Source: Octopus sinensis (Eukaryota). Taken from it: 64,000 nucleotides of DNA. The translations under genes were made by a program, and so were the position numbers. How positions within the stretch are numbered: the first letter of the stretch is position 1; every line of letters starts with the position of its first letter. The notes below the pieces were generated by a model. That model did no database searches. It worked only from the letters and a program-made list of their open reading frames with translations, and was not told the origin of the DNA. This document shows, piece by piece, positions 12,680 to 26,435 of the stretch. The stretch is taken from assembly GCF_006345805.1 (NCBI RefSeq), contig NC_043000.1, forward strand, positions 42,842,001 to 42,906,000. Direction: 5' to 3'.

Positions 12680-14467
12680 ATTATATTCAAGTATATAACT
12701 ACACATGTGCTTTATGTATATATATAAATGTAGATACACGAAAATAATATATATATATATATATATATACATGCAGGTATACATATGTGCATATATGTGC
12801 GTGCGTGCGTGCGTGTGTGTGTGTGTATTAATAAGCATAATTATAATTATGGTTAGCAGTGTAAGAGTGAAATGAGAAACTATTCTGGGAACTACAACTC
12901 ATTGCTTGATAGATACCACTATTATTTTTTTTATTATCTTACTGATTTTTCTGCAACATTTTTACAATCTTCATTTAATGCAAAATCCCTAGCGTTCCAT
13001 TCCATAATGAGAACATATATATTGTTAACCTACTATTATTCCAAACTTGAATGAATGAAAAACACAAAGACCCACGAAGCATTTTCTCTGCATAAATTAG
13101 TTACTATTTGCATGTAATTGCCATCAGTACAAATATATTTCCTATATAACAATATATGTATAAAACTTCACAACTTCATTTCTTACATGGAGTAAATATC
13201 TGAAATAATATGAGCCCTAAATAATGTAAGCAACATAATCAAGCGAAACAATTTTTATACTACACATCTGTTAATATTGTTATTGCATTGCATTATTTTG
13301 AAGAAGAAATAAAGTTGATATTTAACTATGTATATGATCGTATTTCTACTGAATTCCATTTTTCGTCTAACCAATTTAGCTATGCCTACAATCCGTATAT
13401 CGCCCGAGATATATCCTCATATAATATCACGTATTTAATATCAAAATAATTTACTATCAATCCAAAATTTCGGCAGAAAAAACATCTGTATTTTTTCAAT
13501 AAAAAAACCATTGGAAAGATATCTTGACTTCTTAGCTTCGAAGACATTTGGGGTATGAGAGAGGACAATGCAGCAAACAGACGTGATAAAAGCTTAACAT
13601 CCACTTTTTTCTATTCAATTCTTTTTCGCCATCGGTGATTCAATAGTTTCTGAGAGTACGTGCGGACATTGAAGAAATTAACCAAACAGACGTGAGAAAA
13701 ATAGTGGAATTTAATTGCTTCATTTTTTCATGTTCTCGACATCTTATTTCAATAAATTGGAGACAGGAAAACGGATAATAATGCAAGCAACTTTGATAAA
13801 ATAGTGGCCAAAAAATTGTTAATATTTATCATTTTTATTTTTTGTGCATCTGTCAGTATATGACTTTGTGTCAGTAATGGTTTACTCGCACTAAGTATTC
13901 TGTACACACAGTGACATTTTAAGGAACAAATAGGATTCAGATTTTAATATCAATAGGAAGAAAAAATAACGTATTTTGCAAATATTTCTCAGCAAGATAA
14001 TTTAACTCTGTATATTATGTATATATAAGGCAAAAACTAAGTTTCACAAGATGACGTATAAAGAAAATAAGAAAAATCATGAGAAATGAAAAAAATAAGT
14101 AAACGAATGAAATTAACTGAATCTAGTCTATATGGACCAATTTTGCATTAAAATTCTGTTTTTAATAAACGAAAACGAATATATACTTCGAACAATCTCA
14201 TCGTATTATTTACTTAATTGCAACATTAATTTCTAAATGATTTTCTATAACAACTGTTTAGTTAATATTTCTTTCATACAATTGAAAAACTAATGAAAGA
14301 CAAATTTCTTTTCAGGCCATTATTTAGTTAATCATTTTCGTATTTATTCGTATAGTTATTTCTTACATTTTTAAAAAACAAATTTCGACATTAAATATTG
14401 AGTTTTGAAAATATATATGAATTAAGACATTTTGTTTAGATTTCAAGAAGTTTATACGTCAATATAT

Positions 14468-14507
<40 letters not shown>

Positions 14508-14527
14508 CGCTCAGAGATTTATGATAT

Positions 14528-14576
<49 letters not shown>

Positions 14577-14827
14577 AGCCAGCCAGTAATACCAGCACAC
14601 ACAGACACACACACACACACCAACACACAGGTACACACGTACGCATGCATACACATACACACGCGCATACTCTCTCACTTCCCTATGCATATATACACGC
14701 AAACAGATAATTTGTTTTGAACATATACATATAAGTGAATAAAAACAAATTTATACACAGAAATATACATACAGGCATATATATATATATTTAAATGTAG
14801 ATTAATCAATATATTAGTATTTACAAG

Positions 14828-14922
<95 letters not shown>

Positions 14923-15371
14923 TGTAAATATATACATAGACGTGTATATTAATACATTATCTCTGAGAGAATTTTAATTAAGTGCAACTGAGAAAATGAG
15001 TAATATTAATTTAAAAGAAATAATTGAAAATATTTATGTGTTTCATTTTAAATTACCACAGAATCATAGTTGATGCATATGTTAAAAAATGATATACAAG
15101 GCTTGTTGATATTATAAAATGTCTTCTATACGTAGGCATACATAAAACCAGTATTTCATATAGACACACACGTTTACGCAAATATACACAGGAAAAAAAA
15201 GTAAGGTTTGTACAAGTAGAAATTTAAAAACAGTAAATACAGTCAATACTCGTAAGAGGGAATTGCAGATTTTATACATCTAAACCCGATGAGTGTGCTT
15301 TCACATCTTCCCTATTTAACCAGTCATGTCAGTATAAAATATCAATGACGAAACACACTACACCCACACAC

Positions 15372-15426
<55 letters not shown>

Positions 15427-15428
<2 letters not shown>

Positions 15429-15571
15429 GGAGTACACACAAATGTGAAACAAGGTGGCAAAAAAGAGTACTCAAATACCAGGGGTAGAGTAATATGCTTT
15501 ATTTAAAAACAGCAGAAATTCAACAAAACCGAGTAACAGGTTTTGTTGAATTTCTGCTGCTTTTAAATAAA

Positions 15572-15572
<1 letters not shown>
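15427..15572. mobile_element. Same family as 12419-12648; palindrome joined so that no complete HHR remains
   Basis: Arms ..agcagaaattcaacaaaacc / gagtaacaggttttgttgaatttctgctgc; (TA)n flanks. Confidence 0.8.
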
Positions 15573-15659
<87 letters not shown>

Positions 15660-15778
15660 AAATAGTAAAAAGTGAGAAAACTACAGAAGGCTTGTTTTAA
15701 AAAGGTTAAAAAATATATATTTGAGTCAATATGTCTGAAGAATATTATAAATTTTTTTCATAAAATGACATAATATAG

Positions 15779-15818
15779 AAGAAATGACCGGTTTCGCGTT
15801 CAGCTTTCCAAATTTCTT
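15779..15818 (-). ncRNA. Hammerhead-like motif with U3-A8 variant core
   Basis: AAGAAAU-UUGGAAA-GC ugaac GC-GAAAC cg GUC-AUUUCUU: perfect 7-bp stem I, palindromic ACCGGU stem III, GUC triplet; A6G deviation and only 2-bp stem II. Confidence 0.5.
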
Positions 15819-16060
15819 AAAACGTTATGTTTACGTTGAGCGGGGATTTTGATTAGTGATTTCTTCCGGTGTAAGGGAGATAATCGCTTAAAATTATTTG
15901 CCTTTCTTTTGGATTGAGTTTCTCTGTATAAGTATGTTGGAATGGTTAAGTTTGGGCTTGTATTTTTCAATGAAGAATGTTTCCTTGTTTAGTCTAATTT
16001 GTGTTGGTGTTCCGATAGACCGAACTGTCCAAACCTGCTAGAAGGATCAGAATTCCTCTT

Positions 16061-16357
16061 CAAAGCCTTGTCAGTGGATTTGGTAGACGGAAACTGAAAG
16101 AAGCATGTCGTATATATGTATATATATGCGTGTGTGTGTTTGTCTGTCTGTGTTTGTCCCCCTAGCATTGCTTGACAACCGATGCTGGTGTGTTTACGTC
16201 CCCTTTACTTAGCGGTTCGGCAAAAGAGACCGATAGAATAAGTACTGGGCTTACAAAAGAATAAGTCCCGGGGTCGAGTTGCTCGATTAAAGACGGTGCT
16301 CCAGCATGGCTGCAGTCAAAAGACTGAAACAAGTAAAATAGTAAAAGAGTAAAGAGT
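16061..16357 (+). mobile_element. 5'-truncated tRNA-derived SINE (major family)
   Basis: gtggatttggtagacggaaactgaaagaagc..gcattgcttgacaaccgatgctgg..(aaagagt) tail, shared with 20496 and 21646 copies. Confidence 0.85.
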
Positions 16358-17112
16358 GTTTCATATTTGTAGAAGCAGCATTGTCCCGCATATGAAAGCA
16401 ATATTTCTTTGTGAACTCCGAACTGCTACCGTCCGTAACTGGAAAATATTATATCAAATAATGACTAAGTTAATATGTTCTATTTCATTTGATTCGATTA
16501 TATTATCCGATAAGCTGATATCTGAATGGACCACTGAAGAATATTTGAAACGTTAAGTTAAAAGATTTTAATTTTTTCTATTGAATACTACATTTAATTT
16601 CCATGTTTTCTTCTATTTTGTATCTTTCAGATATTGTTTTATAACACTCAATTCCTTTCTCTTTTCTTCCTTTCTTCTGTCATTATACACTGAAAGCCAG
16701 TTTTAAACTCTTGTAATGTGTCCTCCAATTTTACGCATACATAGTAATTCTGTAAGGGTGAACAATAAGCGGGTATTTGGAGACTTAATCATTATCACAG
16801 CTTCCGTTTATGCTTCAATGTTTACTCTGTGGCAACGGCATCTGTACGCAGTGTCTGTGACTAACTCTCGCCGACGGTTTCAATTTAACACTTGGTAATT
16901 ACCAAGTGAGAAAATATGCACCATTAATAGGTACTGGTTCAAAACTATCGATTACTTTCATTGGCTTGAAGCCTTGTAAGCATAGCAAAACCAAATATGA
17001 GGTTGCGTGGCCTTTACTATTTTCCTTCCTCACCAGCCAGACCCATCTCAAATTTTCTTAATCTTTCTTTCTCTCTCTCTCTCTCTCTCATTTTCTTATT
17101 CAGACAATCTAC

Positions 17113-17191
<79 letters not shown>

Positions 17192-17925
17192 ACTATCTAT
17201 CAAATGTTAGTATAGTGAAATAGCATCAATCGAAATTAGGAAAACATCGTCCCATGTGTAGCAAAGATAAAAATCAGACAACGTAGTCTTCATTCTTTTC
17301 TCTCTCTTTCTGTTCGTACGTCGAGCAGCCTGTCTGTTTGAATGTCTGCATGCCTGTCCATCTATTTGTTTATGTATTTATCTATAAATCTATCAATTTA
17401 ATCTCATTGAGTCTATCTCTGTCTCGTTATTAACGGCCCAAGCGAAATAATACAGCATAAAATGACAATCGAATTGGAGTTGTCGCTTGAGTTCATTGAA
17501 AGTTCTTCTTTACTCCTTAGCACTCCTCCACTCACTAATTGCCACCACTAATTCTCAAGAAATGAACACAACACAATGTAATTATTCAGGGAATAGAACT
17601 TGTATAGCAGTGTGGTTAAAAAGCCTCTCTTCTCAATTGGATAGTTCGGCTTTCGGCTCAAATTACACAGCTCAGTCTTGCCTACTTTCATAATCTCTTT
17701 TCCCACCTCTTTAATCTCCATCTCCCCCTCTCTAACTATTTACATATGTGCATATGTGTGTATGTGTGTGTAGTTGTATGTATTTATATACATGTATATT
17801 CGAATGTTGTATTTGATGGTACTCAAAAATGTAAACTTTATCAGTGTCACGTACTTGATGTATGTGTGTTGTTAAACGCCAGTACCATCGGATTTTCGTT
17901 TAAGGTATATCCCTTCCTAAATGTA

Positions 17926-18156
17926 AGGCAGCGAGCTGGCAGAAACGTTAGCACGCCGGGCGAAATGCTCTGCAGTATTTCGTCTGCCGCTACGTTCTGA
18001 GTTCAAATTCCGACGAGGTCGGCTTTGCCTTTCATCCTTTCGGGGTCGATTAAATAACTACCAGTTACGAACTGAGGTCGATATTATCGACTTAATCCGT
18101 GTGTCTGTCCTTGTTTGTCCCTTCTGTGTTTAGCTCCTTGTGGGTAGTAAAGAAAT
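17926..18156 (+). mobile_element. Full-length SINE with 23-bp flanking direct repeat (TSD)
   Basis: aggtatatcccttcctaaatgta at 17903-17925 and 18157-18179; tRNA-like head with gttctgagttcaaattcc B-box-like motif. Confidence 0.85.
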
Positions 18157-18639
18157 AGGTATATCCCTTCCTAAATGTATGTTGATAAAATAAAACACAA
18201 TATACTTCAAAGTTAGGAGAAACGACATCGCCCCAAAAGTGGATGAGAACTACAGATATGTCGCAGTGTTTTGATGCTCATCGGTGTCATGTATTACCCT
18301 TGCTTCTAACATAAGATTTGAGTTTCGTTCTACTCGTATGGTGTTATGGCATGTGAGCAATTGAATTTTACGCTATTTGCATATATTTCTAACTGACAAT
18401 TTAGACTTCGTTTCGGATGTGAGGTCAGTATAAGGCATCGATAAGCAGCAGAAACTGTGAAATATCGTTATCTGCAATTTTGTCAAACTTCCGAGGCGGT
18501 TTCGTTCCGCTTCACGTTGTGATATTTTTTTTTCAAGACTATACTTCACTGAAAGTTTTCCCTGGCGAAAGATCCCTTTAGAGATGTATTTGTACTAGTG
18601 TTTCACAACACACTTACATTAAGTATGTGATATTGGTAA

Positions 18640-18685
<46 letters not shown>

Positions 18686-18686
18686 A

Positions 18687-18791
<105 letters not shown>

Positions 18792-18858
18792 ATCTATCTA
18801 TCTATCTCCCCCTCTCTCTCTCTCTCTCAGTCTATATATATTATATATATATATATAT

Positions 18859-18895
<37 letters not shown>

Positions 18896-18924
18896 TATAT
18901 ATTATATATATATATGTATGTATA

Positions 18925-19136
18925 CGAGGGGTTGTTGAAAAGTTCCTGGTTTGGGGTAAAAGAAATACAAAAGAAAATATATAACGATTTTATTCAATGT
19001 TTACTCCTCTCAGATTCACATACTTATTGCAGCGGTCCTTCAGTTTTTTAAGCCCTGTAAAAGAACTAGGAATGTTAGGCCTTCAATCGGGCCTTCCGTT
19101 ACAACCTTACGGTCAGAAACTTTTCAGCACCCTTCG
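18925..19136. mobile_element. Mariner-type MITE (~212 bp)
   Basis: Imperfect TIRs cgaggggttgttgaaaagttcc / RC cgaagggtgctgaaaagtttc, TA on both sides. Confidence 0.65.
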
Positions 19137-19212
19137 TACGTGTATGTGTGTGTGTGTGTGTGTATGTGTGTAAATATATATGTGTATCTATGTATATATA
19201 TATATGTGTTTG

Positions 19213-19252
<40 letters not shown>

Positions 19253-19257
19253 TAGAC

Positions 19258-19346
<89 letters not shown>

Positions 19347-19356
19347 CATACCACAC

Positions 19357-19411
<55 letters not shown>

Positions 19412-19695
19412 ATATATATATAAGGGCACATTGCGTACTGGTTAGAGTGCTGTACTCACGATCGAAATCAATATCAATTGTTGTTGATCAATGTTGATCA
19501 ATAAAGTAAATCGAAAACGTTCTCCTTTTTCTGTTTGATTCCTGATAAATTCCTGTTTATCTTTGCCATTGGCTGTATCCTATAGGCATAATATGCTTGT
19601 ATATGTATGCCCACAGTTAACATGGGTAATTATACCGGTAGTAAAACGGATATTTTTATCCCTTAGACAGTTATTCCAAACACTAGCTCCACTAG

Positions 19696-19726
<31 letters not shown>

Positions 19727-19730
<4 letters not shown>

Positions 19731-19890
19731 AAAAAAAGACAAAAGACGAAGACAGGTGGTGTAGACAGCAAACAGATATATTAGTATAACGCTCGGGAAG
19801 TGAAAAAGTCTTTAGCGTTTCGATCTACCCTCTTCCACAGAAAGGAACACAGAGAAAGAAACAAGGAGAGAAGATAAAAAATATGTGTGG
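19727..19890 (-). mobile_element. Short HHR-relic element related to 44765 family
   Basis: CUUU-CUGUGGA-a-GAGgguagAUC-GAAAC GCU-AAAG at 19810-19844 (degenerate core); (TA)n on one side, (GATA)n nearby on the other. Confidence 0.5.
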
Positions 19891-20378
19891 CTAGCGAAAG
19901 AGAAATAGATAGATAGATAAATGGATAGATGTCTTCTATAAAATGAAGTAAATACTGCTATTAACATAGTAAAACATGACTTTCTGTTCATAGTTTCTTC
20001 TTCCTTGTGACTGTTTCTCGGAAAGATGCTAAAAATATTGCACTTAGTGTTGTTTTATTTTCGGGAAAATTTAGGTCAGTGTCAAGAATAGTGATTGATC
20101 TAAACTTCTGTAAATGACTTTTGTTGTCACCTAATGTATTCTTCTAGGAATTGAAGACATAGAATAATGTCTAGTCATGTAATGCAACGAATCTAGGTTA
20201 TTGTCTAAAACCTGTAAAATGTAATTCGAACGTCGAAAGGGAAGGAAGTTGACACATCTAATAACTGACAGTCACGTTTTTCGGATTACTGATAAATATA
20301 TTGGCACATGAATACTTAACTACATATGTGCGTGCAGGTTTGCATTACATATTATGTATGATATAAACAGAATAAATT

Positions 20379-20467
<89 letters not shown>

Positions 20468-20495
20468 ATATATGTATATATTATATGTGTATATA

Positions 20496-20660
20496 GGCGC
20501 AGGAGTGGCTGTGTGGTAAGTAGCTTGTTTACCAACCACATGCTTCCTGGTTCAGTCCCACTGCGTGGCACCTTGGGCAAGTGTCTTCTACTATAGCCGC
20601 GGGCCGAGCAAAGCTTTGTGAATGGATTTGGTAGACGGAAACTGAAAGAAGCCCGTCGTA

Positions 20661-20693
<33 letters not shown>

Positions 20694-20920
20694 GCGTGTG
20701 TGTGTTTGTGTGTCTGTGTTTGTCCTCTTAGCATTGCTTGACAACCGATGCTGCTGTGTTTATGCCCCCGTTACTTAGCGGTTCGGCAAAAGAGACCGAT
20801 AGGATAAGTACTGGGCTTACAAAAGAAAAAGTCCCGGGGTCGAGTTGCTCGATTAAAGGTGGTGCTCCAGCATGGCCGCAGTCAAATGACTGAAACAAGT
20901 AAAAGAGAAGAGAAAGAGAA

Positions 20921-20922
<2 letters not shown>
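20496..20922 (+). mobile_element. Full-length tRNA-derived SINE (major family) with internal (TA)(TG) tract
   Basis: ggcgcaggagtggctgtgtggtaag..ggttcagtcccactgcgtggcacc head; aaagag tail; inserted in (TA)n. Confidence 0.9.
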
Positions 20923-20960
<38 letters not shown>

Positions 20961-21006
20961 ATCGATATATATATATATATATATATATACCTATCGATAT
21001 ATATAT

Positions 21007-21065
<59 letters not shown>

Positions 21066-21580
21066 CAAACGGATGTATGCCATTTCCATATAACTAAATA
21101 AAATATATAAACTGTTTGGTCTGCACTCATGTTCTAATTCTTGAAATATATACAAATATTTATTTTATGTGGTGTTACATTCCCTATATGTTTAGTAAAT
21201 GCTGCCTTCAAGATTAATATAATACTCCATTCTTCTCAACATTAGAGATTTATCACTAACTGTTCTGAAAAGTCCAAAATTTGTCATTTGTGTCCTTATC
21301 TTTAAAACTTTTGTTTTTCTTGACAAAGAAGTAAGTTATGGTCAGTGACAGGAATGAAGATTGATGTAAATCTGAAAATAAATCTACATTGTCTCATGAA
21401 AAAATGCTTTATTTAGGGACTTAAAACAAAACAAATATATATCATATGCTCCTCTCAGACAGTAGAAAAGTAGATAAGTGATGTTAAATGTAAATCAAAT
21501 GACAACTGACAGAGACGGAACAGAATAAAAAGTTACTGACATCTGCCTATGTGCATCTGTTTAGAAGACCTATTCACAAA

Positions 21581-21620
<40 letters not shown>

Positions 21621-21645
21621 TTATATATATATATATATATATATA

Positions 21646-22074
21646 GGCGCAGGAGTGGCTGTGTGGTAAGTAGCTTGCTAACCAACCACATTGTTCGGGT
21701 TCAGTCCCACTGCGTGGCATATTGGGCAAGTGTCTTCTGCTATAGCCCCCGCGCGCCGACCAATGCCTTGTGAGTGGATTTGGTAGACGGAACTGAAAGA
21801 AGCCTGTCGTATATATGTATATGTATTATAACTTGTGTGTGTGTGTGTGTGTTGTTGTGTGTGTTTTGTTGTTTTGTGTGTGTGTGTTTGTCGCCCTAGC
21901 ATTGCTTGACAACCGATGCTGGTGTGTTTAAGTCCCCGTTACTTAGCGGTTCGGCAAAAGAGACCGATAGAATAAGTACTGGGCTTACAAAGAATAAGTC
22001 CCGGGGTCGATTTGCTCGACTTAAGGCGGTGCTCCAGAATGGCCGCAGTGAAAGAAGTAAAAGAGTAAAAGAGA

Positions 22075-22076
<2 letters not shown>
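21646..22076 (+). mobile_element. Full-length tRNA-derived SINE (major family)
   Basis: Same head, body and tail as 20496 copy; inserted in (TA)n. Confidence 0.9.
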
Positions 22077-22114
<38 letters not shown>

Positions 22115-22291
22115 TTATAAATATTAGGGAATAAATCCAAATTATAGGGGAAAAAAAATCAGATTTAGGATTAAATCGATTTATAGTAAAATCTTATAAA
22201 TATTATTCGAGACAAAACCACTATTTTGCAAAACAAACAAGGAAAGACTTAATCAATACATAAAATTTTAATAAATAGTCAAAAAAAACCG

Positions 22292-22334
22292 CCACTACAA
22301 TCGTTTCTTGTCTTGATCGACAATCTTCAGGTGG
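22292..22334 (-). ncRNA. Type I hammerhead ribozyme in 3' pseudo-LTR
   Basis: CCAC-CUGAAGA-UUGUC gaucaa GACAA-GAAAC gauu GUA-GUGG: canonical core, 4-bp stem I, 5-bp stem II, short stem III. Confidence 0.88.
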
Positions 22335-23538
22335 ACTTCCAATCTAAAAATCAATATTTTAAAATATAAAAATAATAATTTTAAAATAATTAAAGTATGA
22401 ATGAAAAAATATAAGTATATAATCCATATATAACCTATCTATAATCCATATATAATCAATATATAAACAATATATAAACTAAAAAAACCTATCAACAATT
22501 AAATATAAAATATAAAATATAAAATATAAAATATAAAATATAAAACAAAAAAAAAAAAAAAAAAATAATAATATAATAATAAACTATATATACACCCATA
22601 CGCATATACCTAATTATATATAACCATATCTAACTACATACACTAAATCACACACCTATATATATATCCCTATACATACACATAAAAATGTCTAGGCAAC
22701 TATAAATAAATAAAATAGCTAAATACTTCAACACAATACTATTCATACTCCCACACACACACACATACAACCCACATTCACGCTCTAGAAAACGGACATC
22801 ACTCAAAACTATGAACGGAGAAATGGAATAAATGGAATTAAAAATTATATTCACTTGGTAAAACGAACACTACTTAAAAATTATGAATGAAACAATGCAA
22901 TAAAACAACAGACATCGCAAATAGACACAAATTACTACAAATTCCTTATCAAACCTACCATGATAACCAAAACTCATAAAAACATATAATGATAAAATCT
23001 CCCTTTACTAAACTCTATAACAAATCTATATAGCAATCCCCCTAACCTAAACATTCACACACAAATACACACACGTAAACACACACCCACGACATATACA
23101 AATACCCACACCACTTACACATACCAATACATACATATAAACCTCAACATATACTCCAAAAACCCACTCAACCCCACACAGACAAATAAACACAAAAATT
23201 ATGAATGGATTCTTTTATAAAACTACCATGATAAGCTAAAAAAACAAAACAGAAATGATAAAACCTCCCTTTACTAAACACTAAAACATACTTATATAGC
23301 AATTCTTTAACCTATACATTCACACACAATACCACTCGTAAACCACACACCCATAACAAATACAAACTCCCACCCCACTCACACACACCCACAAGTACAT
23401 ATAAGCCTCAACATATACACCAAACAAAATTACTTTACCAAGGAACTTAACATATATATAAAAAGTATAACCGCTCTGGAAACGAACATCTCTAAATTAA
23501 TGAATGGAGAAATGGAATAAATGGAATTAAAAATAAAA

Positions 23539-26435
23539 TTCACGTGGCAAAACGAACACCACTCAAAAATTATGAATGAAACAATATAATAAAACAACCA
23601 ACATCGAAAATAGACAAATTACTACGAATTCCCTAAAAAAACCATGATAAACCAAAACTCTTAAAAAACATATAACGATAAAATCTCCTTTTGCTAAACT
23701 CTATAACAAACCTATATAGTAATCCCCCTAACCTAAACATTCACACACAAACACACACGTAAACCACAGACCCACGACTTATACACATACCTAAACTAAC
23801 TTATAAACCTCCATATACACCAAAACCCACTCCCTCCCACACAGACAAATTAACTCATACATCCCAAAACCTAAATAACAAACCCATATACACATTCACA
23901 CACAAACACACACACACGCAAAACACACACACACAACAGATACATATACTCCCTCACATATACGCATATACATACTCACTAAACTCAATATATACAACAA
24001 TATTTACACACCCACACTCATACAGATAAATAAATTATACAACTAAAAACTCGCACACAATCTCATATACATAAACACTCCTACGAAAACAACATTAAAT
24101 ACATCGTAATTAACCAGAATATCAAAAATAACAATATGACATAAAGGTAAATAAAATACATACTTACAATTCAGTGTCAAATTATGAAGTGAAATTAAAT
24201 TCTTAGCCGTTAAAAAATCAAACCAAAATTACGTTACCATAGAAATAACTTATGTAAAAAAAGACTAACAAACAACTTGCAGTAACCCAAACCCATTCTC
24301 TATGCCTACCTCACTACTACACTATTCCATTCACAATTCCAAACAACGCTAGTCCACCTCCCGGTTATTCACGTGGCAAAACGAACACCACTCAAAAATT
24401 ATGAATGAAACAATGTAATAAAACAACCAACATCGAAAATAGACAAATTACCACGTATTCCCTAAAAAAACCATGATAAACCAAAACTCCTAAAAACATA
24501 TAACGATAAATCTCCCTTTGCTAAACTCTATAACAAACCTATATAGCAATCTACCTAACCTAAACATTCACACACAAAAAACACACTCGTAAACCACAGA
24601 CCCACGACTTATACACATACCTATACTAACTTATAAACCTCAATATACACCAAAACCCACTCCCTCCCACACAGACAAATTAACACATACATCCCAAACC
24701 TAAATAACAAACCCATATACACATTCACACACAAACACACACACACACGCAAAACACACACACACAACAGATACATATACTCCCTCACATATACGCATAT
24801 ACATACTCACTAAACTCGATATATACAACAATATTTACACACCCACACTCATACAGATAAATAAATTATACAACTAAAAACTCGCACACAATCTCATATA
24901 CATAAACACACCTATGAAAACAACATTAAATACATCGTAATTAACCAGAATATCAAAATAACAATATGACATAAGGATAAATAAAATACATACTACAAGT
25001 CAATTTCAAATAATGAAGTGAAATTAAATTCTTAGCCGTTAAAAAAACCAAACCAAAGTTACGTTACCATAGAAATAACTTATATAAAAAAAAAAAATAA
25101 AAAAAAGAGAGATTACGCGCCATAGAAATTAAACGTCATTTAAATTATGAATGGAGAAATAGAATAAATGGAACTAAAAACTATATCCACGTGGCAAACC
25201 AACACTACTTAATAAAAATTATTATGAATGGATTCTTTAAAAAACTACCATGAAAAATCATTATATACATCTATGAGCTTTAGCTCACCTTAGCAGCTCT
25301 AACAAACAACTTGCAGTAACCCAAACCCATTCTCTATACCTACCTCACTACTACACTATTCCATTCACAATTCCAAGCAACGCTAGTCCACCACCCGGTT
25401 ATTCACGTGGCAAAACGAACACCACTCAAAAATTATGAATGAAACAATGTAATAAAACAACCAACATCGAAAATAGACAAATTACCACGAATTCCCTAAA
25501 ATAACCATGATAAACCAAAACTCATAAAAACATATAACGATAAAATCTCCCTTTGCTAAACTCTATAATAAACCTATATAGTAATCCCCCTAAACCTAAA
25601 CATTCACACACAAATACACACTCGTAAACCACAGACCCACGACTTATACACATACCTATCCTAATTTATAAACCTCAATATACACCAAAACCCACTCCCT
25701 CCCCACACAGACAAATTAACACAAACATCCCAAAACCTAAAAATAACAACCCATATACACATTCACACACAAACACACACAAACACAAAAAACACACACA
25801 CACAACAGATACATATACTCCCTCACATATACTCATATATATACTCACTAAACTCGATATATACAACAATATTTACACACCCCCACTCATACAGATAAAT
25901 AAAATATACAACTAAAAACTCACACACAATCTCATATACATAAACACTCCTATGAAAACAACATTAAATACATCGTAATTAACCAGAATATCAAAATAAC
26001 AATATGACATAAGGATAAATAAAATACATACTACAAGTCAATTTCAAATAATGAAGTGAAATTAAATTCTTAGCCGTTAAAAAAACCAAACCAAAGTTAC
26101 GTTACCATAGAAATAACTTATGTAAAAAAAAAAAAAAAAAAGAGAGAATACGCGCCATAGAAATTAAACGTCATTTAAATTATGAATGGAGAAATAGAAT
26201 AAATGGAACTAAAAACTATATCCACGTGCCAAACCAACACTACGTAAAAAAATTTATAATGAATGGATTCTTTAAAAAACTACCATGAAAAATCATTATA
26301 TACATTTATGAGCTTTAGCTCACCCTAGCAGCTCTAACAAACAACCTACAACAACCCAAACCTATTCCCGATGCCTACCTCACTACCACACTAATCATTC
26401 CCAATTCCAAGCAACGCTAGTCCACCACCCGGTTA
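23539..26435. repeat. Three ~0.8-1.0 kb tandem units within the PLE 3' region
   Basis: ttcacgtggcaaaacgaacaccactc recurs at 23539, 24368 and 25402; a diverged unit starts near 22851; + strand is strongly A/C-rich and G-poor. Confidence 0.9.

Noticed and set aside
13380-13540. YSP-like mariner C-terminal remnant
   Set aside because: Similarity is marginal and no TIRs were found
16525-16560. CTGAAGA-atattt-GAAACGTT
   Set aside because: No stem I and essentially no stem II
23539-26435. CRISPR-like or other repeat-spacer array
   Set aside because: Units are ~1-kb whole-unit duplications without unique spacers, in a eukaryotic context
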